Assembly (NCBI GenBank): GCA_963719495.1 | Contig: CAVRCI010000002.1 | Span: 192,001 to 256,000, forward strand | Length of the DNA: 64,000 bases | From: an uncultured Verrucomicrobiae bacterium | GTDB lineage: Bacteria > Verrucomicrobiota > Verrucomicrobiia > Chthoniobacterales > JAATET01 | Direction of reading: 5' to 3' | In this document: piece by piece, positions 50,085-58,191 of the stretch | How positions within the stretch are numbered: the first letter of the stretch is position 1 | Layout: each line of letters starts with the position of its first letter | Translations under genes and position numbers: made by a program | Notes under the pieces: generated by a model | What the model saw: only the letters and a program-made list of their open reading frames with translations | What the model was told of the DNA's origin: nothing | Databases searched by the model: none

Positions 50085-51482
50085 TCAGCGGTAGCCGAAG
50101 AGTTGGCGGTTCTTGATGATGGAGGCGACATCGGGGGAGACGAGTTCTTCCCATTTGGGGTCGGCTTTGCGGATGTAGGCGAGGACGTCGGCGGAGCGGA
50201 TGCCGAGGTAGGATGGGTTGTAGTCCTCCATCGGGATGATGAATTTGTTCTCGAGCAGGTGCTGGTAGAGGTGCTCGAGGTTGGGGGCGACATCCCACTT
50301 GTCGGCGGGGACGATGGTGCCGTCCTCCTGCTTGAAGGGGTAGACGTAGAGTTTGACGCCCGTTTTGAAGAGGCGGCCGAGGCCTTCGAGGATGCCGCCT
50401 TCGAGTTCGACGTAGTATTTTTCCTCGAAGAGGTCCTTGAGAGCGGGGAGGCCCATGGGGAGGCCGATGAGGCGGTCGGTGTAGCGGGTGAGGTAGGCGA
50501 TGAGGCGGTGGTAGTGGCCGTAATTGCTGATGAGAACGGTGCGGCCGAGGGCGGCGAGCATGTCGACGCGGTCGAGGAAGTCGCGGAGGTCGAGTTCGCC
50601 GCCGGAGAGCAGGTTCTGCATGGTAATTTCCATAAGAACCTCGGGTTCTTCGCCGCGGAGGCGTTCCTCGGTCTCGAACATCGTGCGGGCGCAGTCGAGC
50701 ATGTCGTTGGTGACGTGGGTGACGGGGCGGAAGGAGCCGCGCTCGATGAGGAGATTTTTTTTGTAGAAGGCGTCGGCGGCGTTGATGACCTCGCCGTTGG
50801 CTCGGAAGAGGGCGGCTTTGGTGAGGCCCCGCGAGACGAGTTGGAGGGCCATGAGGCGGTTGTCGACCGAGACGAATTCGGGGCCGGAGAATCGGATCAT
50901 GTCGACCTCGATCCGTTTGTTGGTGAGGTCGTCGAGGAGGGAGCCGATGAGGGCTTCGGGGCGGTGATTGAGGTAGTAGGCACCGTAGATGAGATTGACG
51001 CCGATGATGCCCAGGGCTTCCTGCTGGGTGAGGTTGTCGACGTCGAGCATGCGGACGTGGAGGATGATCTCGTTGACTGGGGCGCGGGGGGAGGCCTGGA
51101 AGCGGAGCCCGAGCCAGCCGTGGGATTCGTCGTGGGTGCGGAAACTGCGGGCGGCGACGGTGTCGGCGAAGGCGAAGAAATTGCGGTCACCGCCGACGGT
51201 GGCGTCGAGGCGTTCGACGAGGAGGTCGAACTCGTGGGTGAGCATGGTGTCGAGGCGGCGGCGGCTGACGTAGCGGCCGGCGGAGCCGTAGATGGCGTCG
51301 GAGAACGTCATGTCGTAGGCCGAGATGGTCTTGGCGACGGTGCCGGCGGCGGCACCGACGTGGAAGAATCGGCGGGCGACTTCCTGGCCGGCTCCGATCT
51401 CGGCGAAGGTGCCGTAGATCCGCTTGTCCATGTTGATTTGGAAGGCCTTTTTGTTGCACTGGAGATCGAAGTTTCCGTCCAT
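50085..51482 (-). CDS. Conserved protein with C-terminal NadD-like (HIGH-superfamily) nucleotidyltransferase fold
   Basis: YGTFAEIGAGQEVAR N-domain; RGSFRPVT; C-terminal IRSADV..WEELVSPDVASIIKNRQLFGY. Confidence 0.6.
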   Translation of the reverse strand: MDGNFDLQCNKKAFQINMDKRIYGTFAEIGAGQEVARRFFHVGAAAGTVAKTISAYDMTFSDAIYGSAGRYVSRRRLDTMLTHEFDLLVERLDATVGGDRNFFAFADTVAARSFRTHDESHGWLGLRFQASPRAPVNEIILHVRMLDVDNLTQQEALGIIGVNLIYGAYYLNHRPEALIGSLLDDLTNKRIEVDMIRFSGPEFVSVDNRLMALQLVSRGLTKAALFRANGEVINAADAFYKKNLLIERGSFRPVTHVTNDMLDCARTMFETEERLRGEEPEVLMEITMQNLLSGGELDLRDFLDRVDMLAALGRTVLISNYGHYHRLIAYLTRYTDRLIGLPMGLPALKDLFEEKYYVELEGGILEGLGRLFKTGVKLYVYPFKQEDGTIVPADKWDVAPNLEHLYQHLLENKFIIPMEDYNPSYLGIRSADVLAYIRKADPKWEELVSPDVASIIKNRQLFGYR

Positions 51483-51521
51483 GGCGGCGGATCATACCCG
51501 ATGCGGTGGGCTGGTTACAGC

Positions 51522-51554
51522 GTGAATGGTGATTGGTGAATGGTGAATGGTGGG
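51522..51554. repeat. Heptamer tandem array (GTGAWTG)x4-GTGGG
   Basis: gtgaatg gtgattg gtgaatg gtgaatg gtggg, intergenic. Confidence 0.8.
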
Positions 51555-51714
51555 ATGCGGTCGGCTCCCGCTGGCGCGGGTTGCCGTTTTCTCGAATTCC
51601 TGGGGGCTTCATCGGGAATTCTCGGAAGCCGACAAGGATTGTGGGATGTCGAACTCGAGGATTTTGGAAAGCGGGGATGACGCGGATTTTGATTTATGCG
51701 GTGATAGCGTCGTG

Positions 51715-52569
51715 GTGAGTGACGGGAATCCAACGAGCGATGAACTGGAGCGTGATCGGAGATATGAGGTGACTCGGCGGTGGTTTGTTCGGGGTGGGTT
51801 GTCGGCGGTGGCTCTGGGTGGGGCGGGGCTGGCTTGGGCTGGGGGCGTGGAGTTGGAGTGGATCGAGGTGCGGCGGGTTCGGTTGGATCTGGGGCTCGGG
51901 CGGCCTTTGCGGATGGTGGCGGTGAGCGATTTGCACTTCGATCCGGTTTACGAGGTGGCTTATGTGGAGCGGGCGATGGATCGAATTGCCGGGTTGGAGC
52001 CGGATCTTTTCTTGGTCGCGGGGGATCTCTTTACTCACGATGCGCGGCGGGCGGATGATTTGGCGGCGATTCTGGCGCGGGTTAAGGCTCGGTTGGGGAC
52101 TTTTGTCGCGCTGGGGAACCACGATTTCTGGTCGGGGGAGAAACGGATCTCGAAGGCGTTGGCGGCGGTGGGGATCCGAGTGCTTCGCAACGAGTGCGTG
52201 GCTTTGCCGGGGTTCGATGACTGCTTCGTGAGCGGGTTGGAAAGCTACTGGGCGGGGGAGCCGGATGCGGGGGTGCTGCGGTCGACGCCCGAGGGGTCGC
52301 GGCACATTTTGGTGGTGCACGAGCCGGATCCTTTTGACGAGATCACGGATCCGCGAGTGCGCTTGCAGGTGTCGGGTCATACTCACGGCGGGCAGGTGCG
52401 GCTGCCGCTGGTCGGGGCGCTGCGGTTGCCGCGGTGGGGGAAACGGTATGACGCGGGGTTGTTCGTGGACGGCGGGCGGCATCTTTACGTGACCCGGGGG
52501 TTGGGGTCTTTGCGGCCGCACGTCCGGTTTTTTTGCCGACCGGAGATCGTGGTTTTCGAGCTGGTTTGA
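51715..52569 (+). CDS. Metallophosphoesterase (YkuE-like), possible Tat signal
   Basis: TRRWF signal; SDLH, GDLF, GNHD, HEPD, GHTHGGQ; start uncertain. Confidence 0.88.
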   Translation: MSDGNPTSDELERDRRYEVTRRWFVRGGLSAVALGGAGLAWAGGVELEWIEVRRVRLDLGLGRPLRMVAVSDLHFDPVYEVAYVERAMDRIAGLEPDLFLVAGDLFTHDARRADDLAAILARVKARLGTFVALGNHDFWSGEKRISKALAAVGIRVLRNECVALPGFDDCFVSGLESYWAGEPDAGVLRSTPEGSRHILVVHEPDPFDEITDPRVRLQVSGHTHGGQVRLPLVGALRLPRWGKRYDAGLFVDGGRHLYVTRGLGSLRPHVRFFCRPEIVVFELV

Positions 52570-52588
52570 GCTTCGCTTTGGGTTGGTT

Positions 52589-52693
52589 CGGCGATTGCAA
52601 ATCGCCGCTCCTTGAGGGTGGCTCGGCGGGAGTGTGCCGGTGTTTGGGGGAGTGCTGGGAAAAAGTTACGGCTCGGCGGGAGCCTCGCCCTCC
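52589..52693. repeat. REP-like palindromes between convergent genes
   Basis: cggcgattgcaaatcgccgctccttga (52589-52615) and ggctcggcgggagcctcgccctcc (~52670-52693). Confidence 0.78.
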
Positions 52694-52710
52694 GGGGGGT
52701 GGATTGCCGC

Positions 52711-53829
52711 CTAGCGGCTGCAGATTTTTACGATTAGGCGGTCGAGGACGACCGATTCGGCTAGTTGGGTGGTGACCAATGTTCGGTTGGCTTCGGCGCA
52801 GGCCAGGTAGGCGTCTTGGAGCTCGAGGACTTCGAAGCGTCGGGAGTTGGCGGCGGCGATCCCTAACGGGTAGGTGCTGAGGGTGCCGTCTTTCTTGCGG
52901 GGAAGGTGGGCGGTGGCGCTGTCGGGGAGTTTTTTTAGGGATCCGGCGAAGTATTGTGGCTGGCCCGGGACGGGGATGCGGTGGCGGTCCATGAGGTCTT
53001 TGACGAGGAGGAGATTGCGGACCGTGGGAATGATGGCGGCCAGGAGGATGCCGACGGCTTTTTCACCTTGGGTGAAGAGTTGGGTGAGGGTGGTGAGGCT
53101 GAGGGGGAGGTCGCGTTTGGAGATGGAATTGCCGAGGTCGAAGATACTGCCGGAGCGGGTGGTGGGGACGAGGGTGCGGACGTCGTCTTCGGTGATCTCG
53201 TGGTCGGGGGGGAAGGCGAGGGAGAGCTTCTCGAGTTCGTTTTCGATCTGACGGGTTTCGGTGCCGACGCGGGCGGCGAGGAGGGCGGCGGCGTCGGGCG
53301 TGACGTTGAGGTGGCGGGCGGCGACGCGTTGCTGGACCCAATCGACGACGTCGGCTTCGGTGGTGCCCCAACCGAGGGAGACTTTGTCGTGGATGGTGGT
53401 GGTGGCGAGCTTGGTGAGGGACTTGTAGGCGGTGCGGCGTTTGTCGGCTTCGGGGGCGCTGATGAGGAAGGTGACGTCGGGGGGCAGGCCGCTTTCAACC
53501 GTGGCGACGAGGCGGTCGAGGGCGGTGGCGACGGTGTCGGAGCGGCCGGTGACGGAGTCGGCGAGGAAGGAGGCGTTCTTGAGCCAGACGAGCTTGGCTC
53601 CGCCGAAGAAGGCGACGGTGAGGAGGGCTTCGATGGTGCGGCCGACGCACTCGGCGGAGCGTTCGGCATTCGCGTCGGCTCCGTCGATGGTTTCGGTGGC
53701 GAGGGGGTCGTCGGAGGGCGCGAGCTGGGCGGCGAGTTCCGTGGCGGCGGTCTTGACCGCGGACTCGTCGGAGCCGGTGACGAAGTGGACGCGGGTGTCG
53801 GCGGAGGGTTTCTTTTTCGCGGCGGGCAT
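52711..53829 (-). CDS. holA: DNA polymerase III subunit delta
   Basis: FVTGSDE, FFGGAKLVWLK, DKRR, ENELEKL, ITEDDV, SIFDL. Confidence 0.85.
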   Translation of the reverse strand: MPAAKKKPSADTRVHFVTGSDESAVKTAATELAAQLAPSDDPLATETIDGADANAERSAECVGRTIEALLTVAFFGGAKLVWLKNASFLADSVTGRSDTVATALDRLVATVESGLPPDVTFLISAPEADKRRTAYKSLTKLATTTIHDKVSLGWGTTEADVVDWVQQRVAARHLNVTPDAAALLAARVGTETRQIENELEKLSLAFPPDHEITEDDVRTLVPTTRSGSIFDLGNSISKRDLPLSLTTLTQLFTQGEKAVGILLAAIIPTVRNLLLVKDLMDRHRIPVPGQPQYFAGSLKKLPDSATAHLPRKKDGTLSTYPLGIAAANSRRFEVLELQDAYLACAEANRTLVTTQLAESVVLDRLIVKICSR

Positions 53830-53896
53830 GGGGACAGGAGTTTCGCGGTAAGGACGGGAAGAACGCAAAGGGTGAATTTTTCTATTGGGTTTCTTC

Positions 53897-53990
53897 GGAC
53901 AGGATTTACGGGATTTTCAGGATTTTTGAGGAGGCTGATGGGGGTTTGAGAAATCGAAATTCAATCCTTCAAATCCAGTGAATCCGGTCC
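53897..53990. repeat. MITE-like element with inverted 9-mer arrays
   Basis: ggacaggatttacgggattttcaggat ... gaaattcaatccttcaaatccagtgaatccggtcc; shares arms with 35502-35631. Confidence 0.75.
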
Positions 53991-54005
53991 AACTTCGCAT
54001 TTGGG

Positions 54006-54650
54006 TTATTTCTGCCAGGCCCAGCGGTTGGCGATGAGGACGACGGTGGTGGAGAGGACGATGAGGATGGCGGAGAGGCCGAGGGCGAGAGGAAGGTCGC
54101 CGGATTCGGTGGCGGTGTAGATGGCGGTCGGCATGGTCTGCGTGCGTCCCGGGATGTTGCCGGCGAGCATGAGGGTGGCGCCGAACTCGCCGAGGGCGCG
54201 AGCGAAGGCAAGGACCGCGGCGGCGGCGATGCTGGCTTTGGCAATGGGGATGTCGATGCGGAGGAGGCGCTGGAGCGGGGTGACTCCGAGAAGGCGGCCG
54301 GCGTCGTGGAGCTCGGGGTCGATCATGAGAAAGGCCGAGCGGGTGAGGAGGTAGACGATGGGGAACGAGACGACGAAGGCGGCGACGACGGTGCCGGGCC
54401 AACTGAAGACGAGCGGGAGGCCGATGGTGTCGAGGAGGCCGCCGAGGGGGCTGCGTTTGCCGAAGGTGAGGAGGAGGAGGAGGCCGGTGACGGTGGGCGG
54501 GAGGACGAGCGGGAGGAGGCAGACGGCGTCGAGGAGTCCGAGCCACGGGCCGCGGCGGTGGGCGCGCCAGGCGGCGAGGGCGGTGCCGGTGACGACTGCG
54601 AGGAGGGTGGCGGTTGTTGCCGTTGCTAGCGAGATGAGTAGGGCGGACAT
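54006..54650 (-). CDS. modB: Molybdate ABC transporter permease
   Basis: LPLVLPPTVTG, FARALGEFGATLMLAGNIPGRTQTMP. Confidence 0.93.
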   Translation of the reverse strand: MSALLISLATATTATLLAVVTGTALAAWRAHRRGPWLGLLDAVCLLPLVLPPTVTGLLLLLTFGKRSPLGGLLDTIGLPLVFSWPGTVVAAFVVSFPIVYLLTRSAFLMIDPELHDAGRLLGVTPLQRLLRIDIPIAKASIAAAAVLAFARALGEFGATLMLAGNIPGRTQTMPTAIYTATESGDLPLALGLSAILIVLSTTVVLIANRWAWQK

Positions 54651-54669
54651 TCTTGGTGTCGGGGGGAGT

Positions 54670-54702
54670 GTGATTGGTGATTAGTGAGTGGTGACTGGTG
54701 GG
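54670..54702. repeat. Heptamer tandem array containing the modA stop codon
   Basis: gtgattg gtgatta gtgagtg gtgactg gtggg; 31/33 identical to 1463-1495. Confidence 0.85.
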
Positions 54703-55361
54703 GTGAAGCCTTGAGTTTTGAAGATCTTTTGGGCTGATTCCGAGAGGAGGAGGTTTAGGAAGGCTTTGGCCTCCGGTGAATTGGATATGAGGGTGGCTTC
54801 GTAGGTGATCGGGGGGTGGGAATCCTCGGGGGTGGGGGTGACGAGGCGGACCTGGTCGTTGACGTCGGTGGCGTAGACGAAGCCGGCTTGGGCGTTGCCG
54901 GTGGCGACGTAGGTCAGGACTTGGCGGACGTCTTTGGCGTAGATGAGTGCTGGTTCGAGGGTGGTGCGGAGGTCGAGGTGATCGAGGGTGGCTAGGGTGT
55001 AAGTTCCGGCGGGGGCGGTGGCGGGGTTGGCGATGGCGATGGTGGTGATGCGGGGGTGGGTGAGGTCGGTGATTTTGGTGAGGAAGTGGGTCTCGCGGCT
55101 GGCGATGAGGACGAGGGTGTTGCCGAGGAATGGAACCTTCTCGACGCTGGGGAGGTCGGGAATCGGACCTGCGGTGAGGAGGAGGTCGGCGGGGGCTCCG
55201 TTTTCGATCTGGCGGGCGAGGGCGTTGGAGCCGCCGACGTTGAGGGTGATGGTGGTGCCGGGGTGGGCGGTCTCGAAAGCGACGGCAATCGCTTCGAGCG
55301 GGGATTGCAGGCTGGCGGCGGCGGAAACGAGGAGGGTGGCGAGGAGTGGGACAGGTGGCAT
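54681..55361 (-). CDS. modA: Molybdate ABC transporter substrate-binding protein
   Basis: VSAAASL, GGSNALARQIENGAPAD, NPATAPAG, DVRQVLTYV, GFVYATD, HPPITY. Confidence 0.9.
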   Translation of the reverse strand: MPPVPLLATLLVSAAASLQSPLEAIAVAFETAHPGTTITLNVGGSNALARQIENGAPADLLLTAGPIPDLPSVEKVPFLGNTLVLIASRETHFLTKITDLTHPRITTIAIANPATAPAGTYTLATLDHLDLRTTLEPALIYAKDVRQVLTYVATGNAQAGFVYATDVNDQVRLVTPTPEDSHPPITYEATLISNSPEAKAFLNLLLSESAQKIFKTQGFTPPVTTH

Positions 55362-55429
55362 GGTGAGCGTGAAAGAAGAGAGGGGTGGCCGATCCTTGTC
55401 CAGTCCAGCGACCTCTTCGCCCCGCCGTG

Positions 55430-55465
55430 ACCGATAAAACGTAACGGCCGTTACGTTTTATCGGT
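55430..55465. repeat. 36-bp perfect palindrome with GTAACGGCCGTTAC core
   Basis: accgataaaacgtaacggccgttacgttttatcggt. Confidence 0.85.
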
Positions 55466-55535
55466 GGTGGCGGGGTGGGTGGGTGGCGTTTGACGTGGGG
55501 GGGGAATCCGGTTACCGATCTTGGCTCGCTACTTC

Positions 55536-56642
55536 ATGAAGATTATCGATCGCACCGTCGGGAAGGACGTTTTTGTTACGATGCTGATTGGTATCACCGT
55601 CCTGAGCTTGGTGCTCGTGCTGGGGAATTTGTTTCAGCAGTTGCTCGATTTGCTGATCAATCGGGACGTTCCGATCGGGACTTTGCTGGCCTTCATGGCG
55701 TTCGTGTTGCCGTTTTCGCTGACGTTCACGATTCCTTGGGGGTTTCTGACGGCGTTGCTGCTCATTTTCGGGCGGATGTCGGCGGACAACGAGTTGATTG
55801 CTTTGCGGAGCAATGGGGTGAGCATTCCGCGGATCTGCGTGCCGGTGTTCGCGCTGGCGGTGACGCTGACGGGGATTTGTTTCTGGATCAACGCGGACGT
55901 GGCTCCGAAGGCGGAGCAGAAGATGACGGAGGCGGTGTTCGACATCGCGACGAGTAATCCGATTTCGTTGTTCGCGGCGGATCAGGTGGTCGACGACTTT
56001 CCGGACAAGCGGGTTTACGTGGGGGCGAAGAACGGGGACGTGCTGGAAAATTTGCTGATGTTCGACATCAACGACAGCAACGAGCCGACGCGGGTGATCT
56101 TCGCGAAGAAGGGCACGCTGACGCCGGATCCGGCGAAGGCGCAGTTGCTGCTCAAGTTGTCGGACGCCCGGTTCGAGCAGCGGGATCGCGATGATCCGCG
56201 GGACGTTTACAACATTCAGCAGGGGATCGTGATGAAGGAGGGGGTGTTCCCGATTTCGTTGCAGGCGATGTTCGACGAGCATCTGACCGGGCGGCGGCTG
56301 AGCTCGTATACTTTGCCGGAGTTGATCGGGCGCTTGGGCGAGGACGAGATCGATAATCGGCAGGCGACTCGGGTGGAGCTGAGCAAGCGGTTTTCGTCTT
56401 CGCTGGCTTGTTTTGCGTTTGCGTTGGTGGCGGTGCCACTGGGGATCACGGCTCACCGGAAAGAGACCTCGGTGGGGTTCGCGCTGAGTCTCGGGATCGC
56501 TTTTACCTACTTCTTTTTCATCATTCTCGCGGACACCTTCCGGGATAATCCGGCGGCGTTTCCGGAGTATTTGATTTGGATTCCGAACGTCGTTTTCATG
56601 ACGCTGGGGACGGTGCTTTTTGTGCGGTTGTCGAAGCGGTGA
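55536..56642 (+). CDS. LptF/LptG-family LPS export permease
   Basis: MKIIDR, GRMSADNELIALRSNGVS, ELSKRFS, VAVPLGI, WIPN. Confidence 0.9.
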   Translation: MKIIDRTVGKDVFVTMLIGITVLSLVLVLGNLFQQLLDLLINRDVPIGTLLAFMAFVLPFSLTFTIPWGFLTALLLIFGRMSADNELIALRSNGVSIPRICVPVFALAVTLTGICFWINADVAPKAEQKMTEAVFDIATSNPISLFAADQVVDDFPDKRVYVGAKNGDVLENLLMFDINDSNEPTRVIFAKKGTLTPDPAKAQLLLKLSDARFEQRDRDDPRDVYNIQQGIVMKEGVFPISLQAMFDEHLTGRRLSSYTLPELIGRLGEDEIDNRQATRVELSKRFSSSLACFAFALVAVPLGITAHRKETSVGFALSLGIAFTYFFFIILADTFRDNPAAFPEYLIWIPNVVFMTLGTVLFVRLSKR

Positions 56643-56695
56643 TTGTTCTCACGCGGAGGCGCAGGGACGCAGAGGCATTCTGAATGGGGGATGCC

Positions 56696-58057
56696 TTATG
56701 GCATGGTTGGGGGGAACATGGCGAAGCCGGCGGCGGCCATTCCGAGGAAGAGGAAGAAGCCGACGACGTCGGTTACCGTGGTCAGCATGATGGAGGAGGC
56801 CAGGGCGGGGTCGATTTTGAAGGCTTTGAGGCCGACGGGGATGAGGACTCCGGCGGCGGCGGCGGCGATCATGTTCAGGATCATGGCGATGCAGGCGACG
56901 ACTCCGAGGATGAGGTCGCCGCGCCAGAGGTAGCCGATGACGCCGATGGCGAGGCCGGTCGAGAGACCGGTGAGGGTGGCGACGAGGACTTCCTTCGCGA
57001 GAATGCGGCGCTTGAGGCGGCCTTCCATTTCGCCGAGGGCCATGGAGCGGACGACGATGGTGAGGGTTTGCATCCCGACGTTGCCGCCTTGGCTGGCGAT
57101 GATGGGGAGGAAGACGGCGAGGACGGCGTATTTGTCGATGGTGGGTTCGAAGAGGGAGACGACCCAGCCCGCGAGGATGGCGGTGGCGAGGTTCACGTAG
57201 AGCCAGGGGAGTCGGCGCTGGAAGGAAATTTTCCACGGGGTGTCGAGCATCTCTTCGCCGGAGAGGCCGATCATGCGCTGCATGTCCTCGGTGGCTTCCT
57301 CTTCGATGACGTCCATGACGTCGTCGGAGGTGACGATGCCGCAGAGGCGTTTGAGGTCGTCGACGACCGGGAGGGCAACGAAATGGTGCTCGCGGAAGAG
57401 GTTGGCGATCTCCTCCTGATCCGCGTGGACGGAGACGGCGCGCACTTCGCGGATCATGAGGTCGCGGAGGGGGGTATTCGGCCGGGCGAAGAGGAGGTCG
57501 CGGGTGCGGAGGACGCCGCGGAGGCGCTCGCCGGCGTCGGTCACGTAGACGTAGAACATGCCTTCGTGGGCGCCGGAGTCCTCGGAACGGAGGGTTTCGA
57601 TGGCCTCCTGGGAGGTCTGGTTTTCGCGGAGGGACACGAAGACCGGGTCCATGATGCCGCCGGCGGAGTCGCCGGGGTAGCCGAGGATCTCGGTGATCTT
57701 GGCGGCGGATTCGGGCGGGAGATTTTTGAGAATCTCGGCGAGGCGGGGCGGCGAGAGGTTGACGAGGATGTCGGCGGCGTCGTCGAGGAACATTTCGTCG
57801 ACGATGCCGGAGACGCGGTGGAGCCGCATTTTCTCGAAGAGGCGGACCTGAAGTTCCGGACCAAATTCGCCGATGATGTCGGCAGATTTTTCGTCGTCGA
57901 GTTTGCGGAGGATGGCGCGGAGTTCCGACAGGTCGATGTCGGCGAGCTGGTTCGCGGCGTCGCGGGCGTCGGCGTCGCGGAGGAACTCGATCCACTCGAC
58001 GTTGTCGGTGTTGCGCTCGGCGAGGTGCGGGATCTCGTAGGGTTCGTCGGTCGGCAT
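56696..58057 (-). CDS. mgtE: Magnesium transporter MgtE
   Basis: YPGDSAGGIM, CBS pair, RRLPWL, GGNVGMQT, IDPALAS, TTVTDVVG. Confidence 0.95.
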   Translation of the reverse strand: MPTDEPYEIPHLAERNTDNVEWIEFLRDADARDAANQLADIDLSELRAILRKLDDEKSADIIGEFGPELQVRLFEKMRLHRVSGIVDEMFLDDAADILVNLSPPRLAEILKNLPPESAAKITEILGYPGDSAGGIMDPVFVSLRENQTSQEAIETLRSEDSGAHEGMFYVYVTDAGERLRGVLRTRDLLFARPNTPLRDLMIREVRAVSVHADQEEIANLFREHHFVALPVVDDLKRLCGIVTSDDVMDVIEEEATEDMQRMIGLSGEEMLDTPWKISFQRRLPWLYVNLATAILAGWVVSLFEPTIDKYAVLAVFLPIIASQGGNVGMQTLTIVVRSMALGEMEGRLKRRILAKEVLVATLTGLSTGLAIGVIGYLWRGDLILGVVACIAMILNMIAAAAAGVLIPVGLKAFKIDPALASSIMLTTVTDVVGFFLFLGMAAAGFAMFPPTMP

Positions 58058-58191
58058 CGGGGGGACCGTAGAGTTTTACGAATTAAGTATTAAGAATTAA
58101 GTGCGGCTGGGGGGGCGAATTGATCGTTGGTGGAGAAACGACGCGCTGGGCGGGCGGCAATGCAAGGGTGAAGTCGCCGACACGGCGGCTG

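Noticed and set aside
55362..55535. Moco riboswitch or ModE box upstream of modA
   Set aside because: No recognisable riboswitch elements; the palindrome lacks the ModE TATAT-N7-TAYAT pattern and also occurs upstream of hisS.
58058..58191. M-box riboswitch upstream of mgtE
   Set aside because: The gap is only about 134 bp and shows a heptamer array rather than M-box features.
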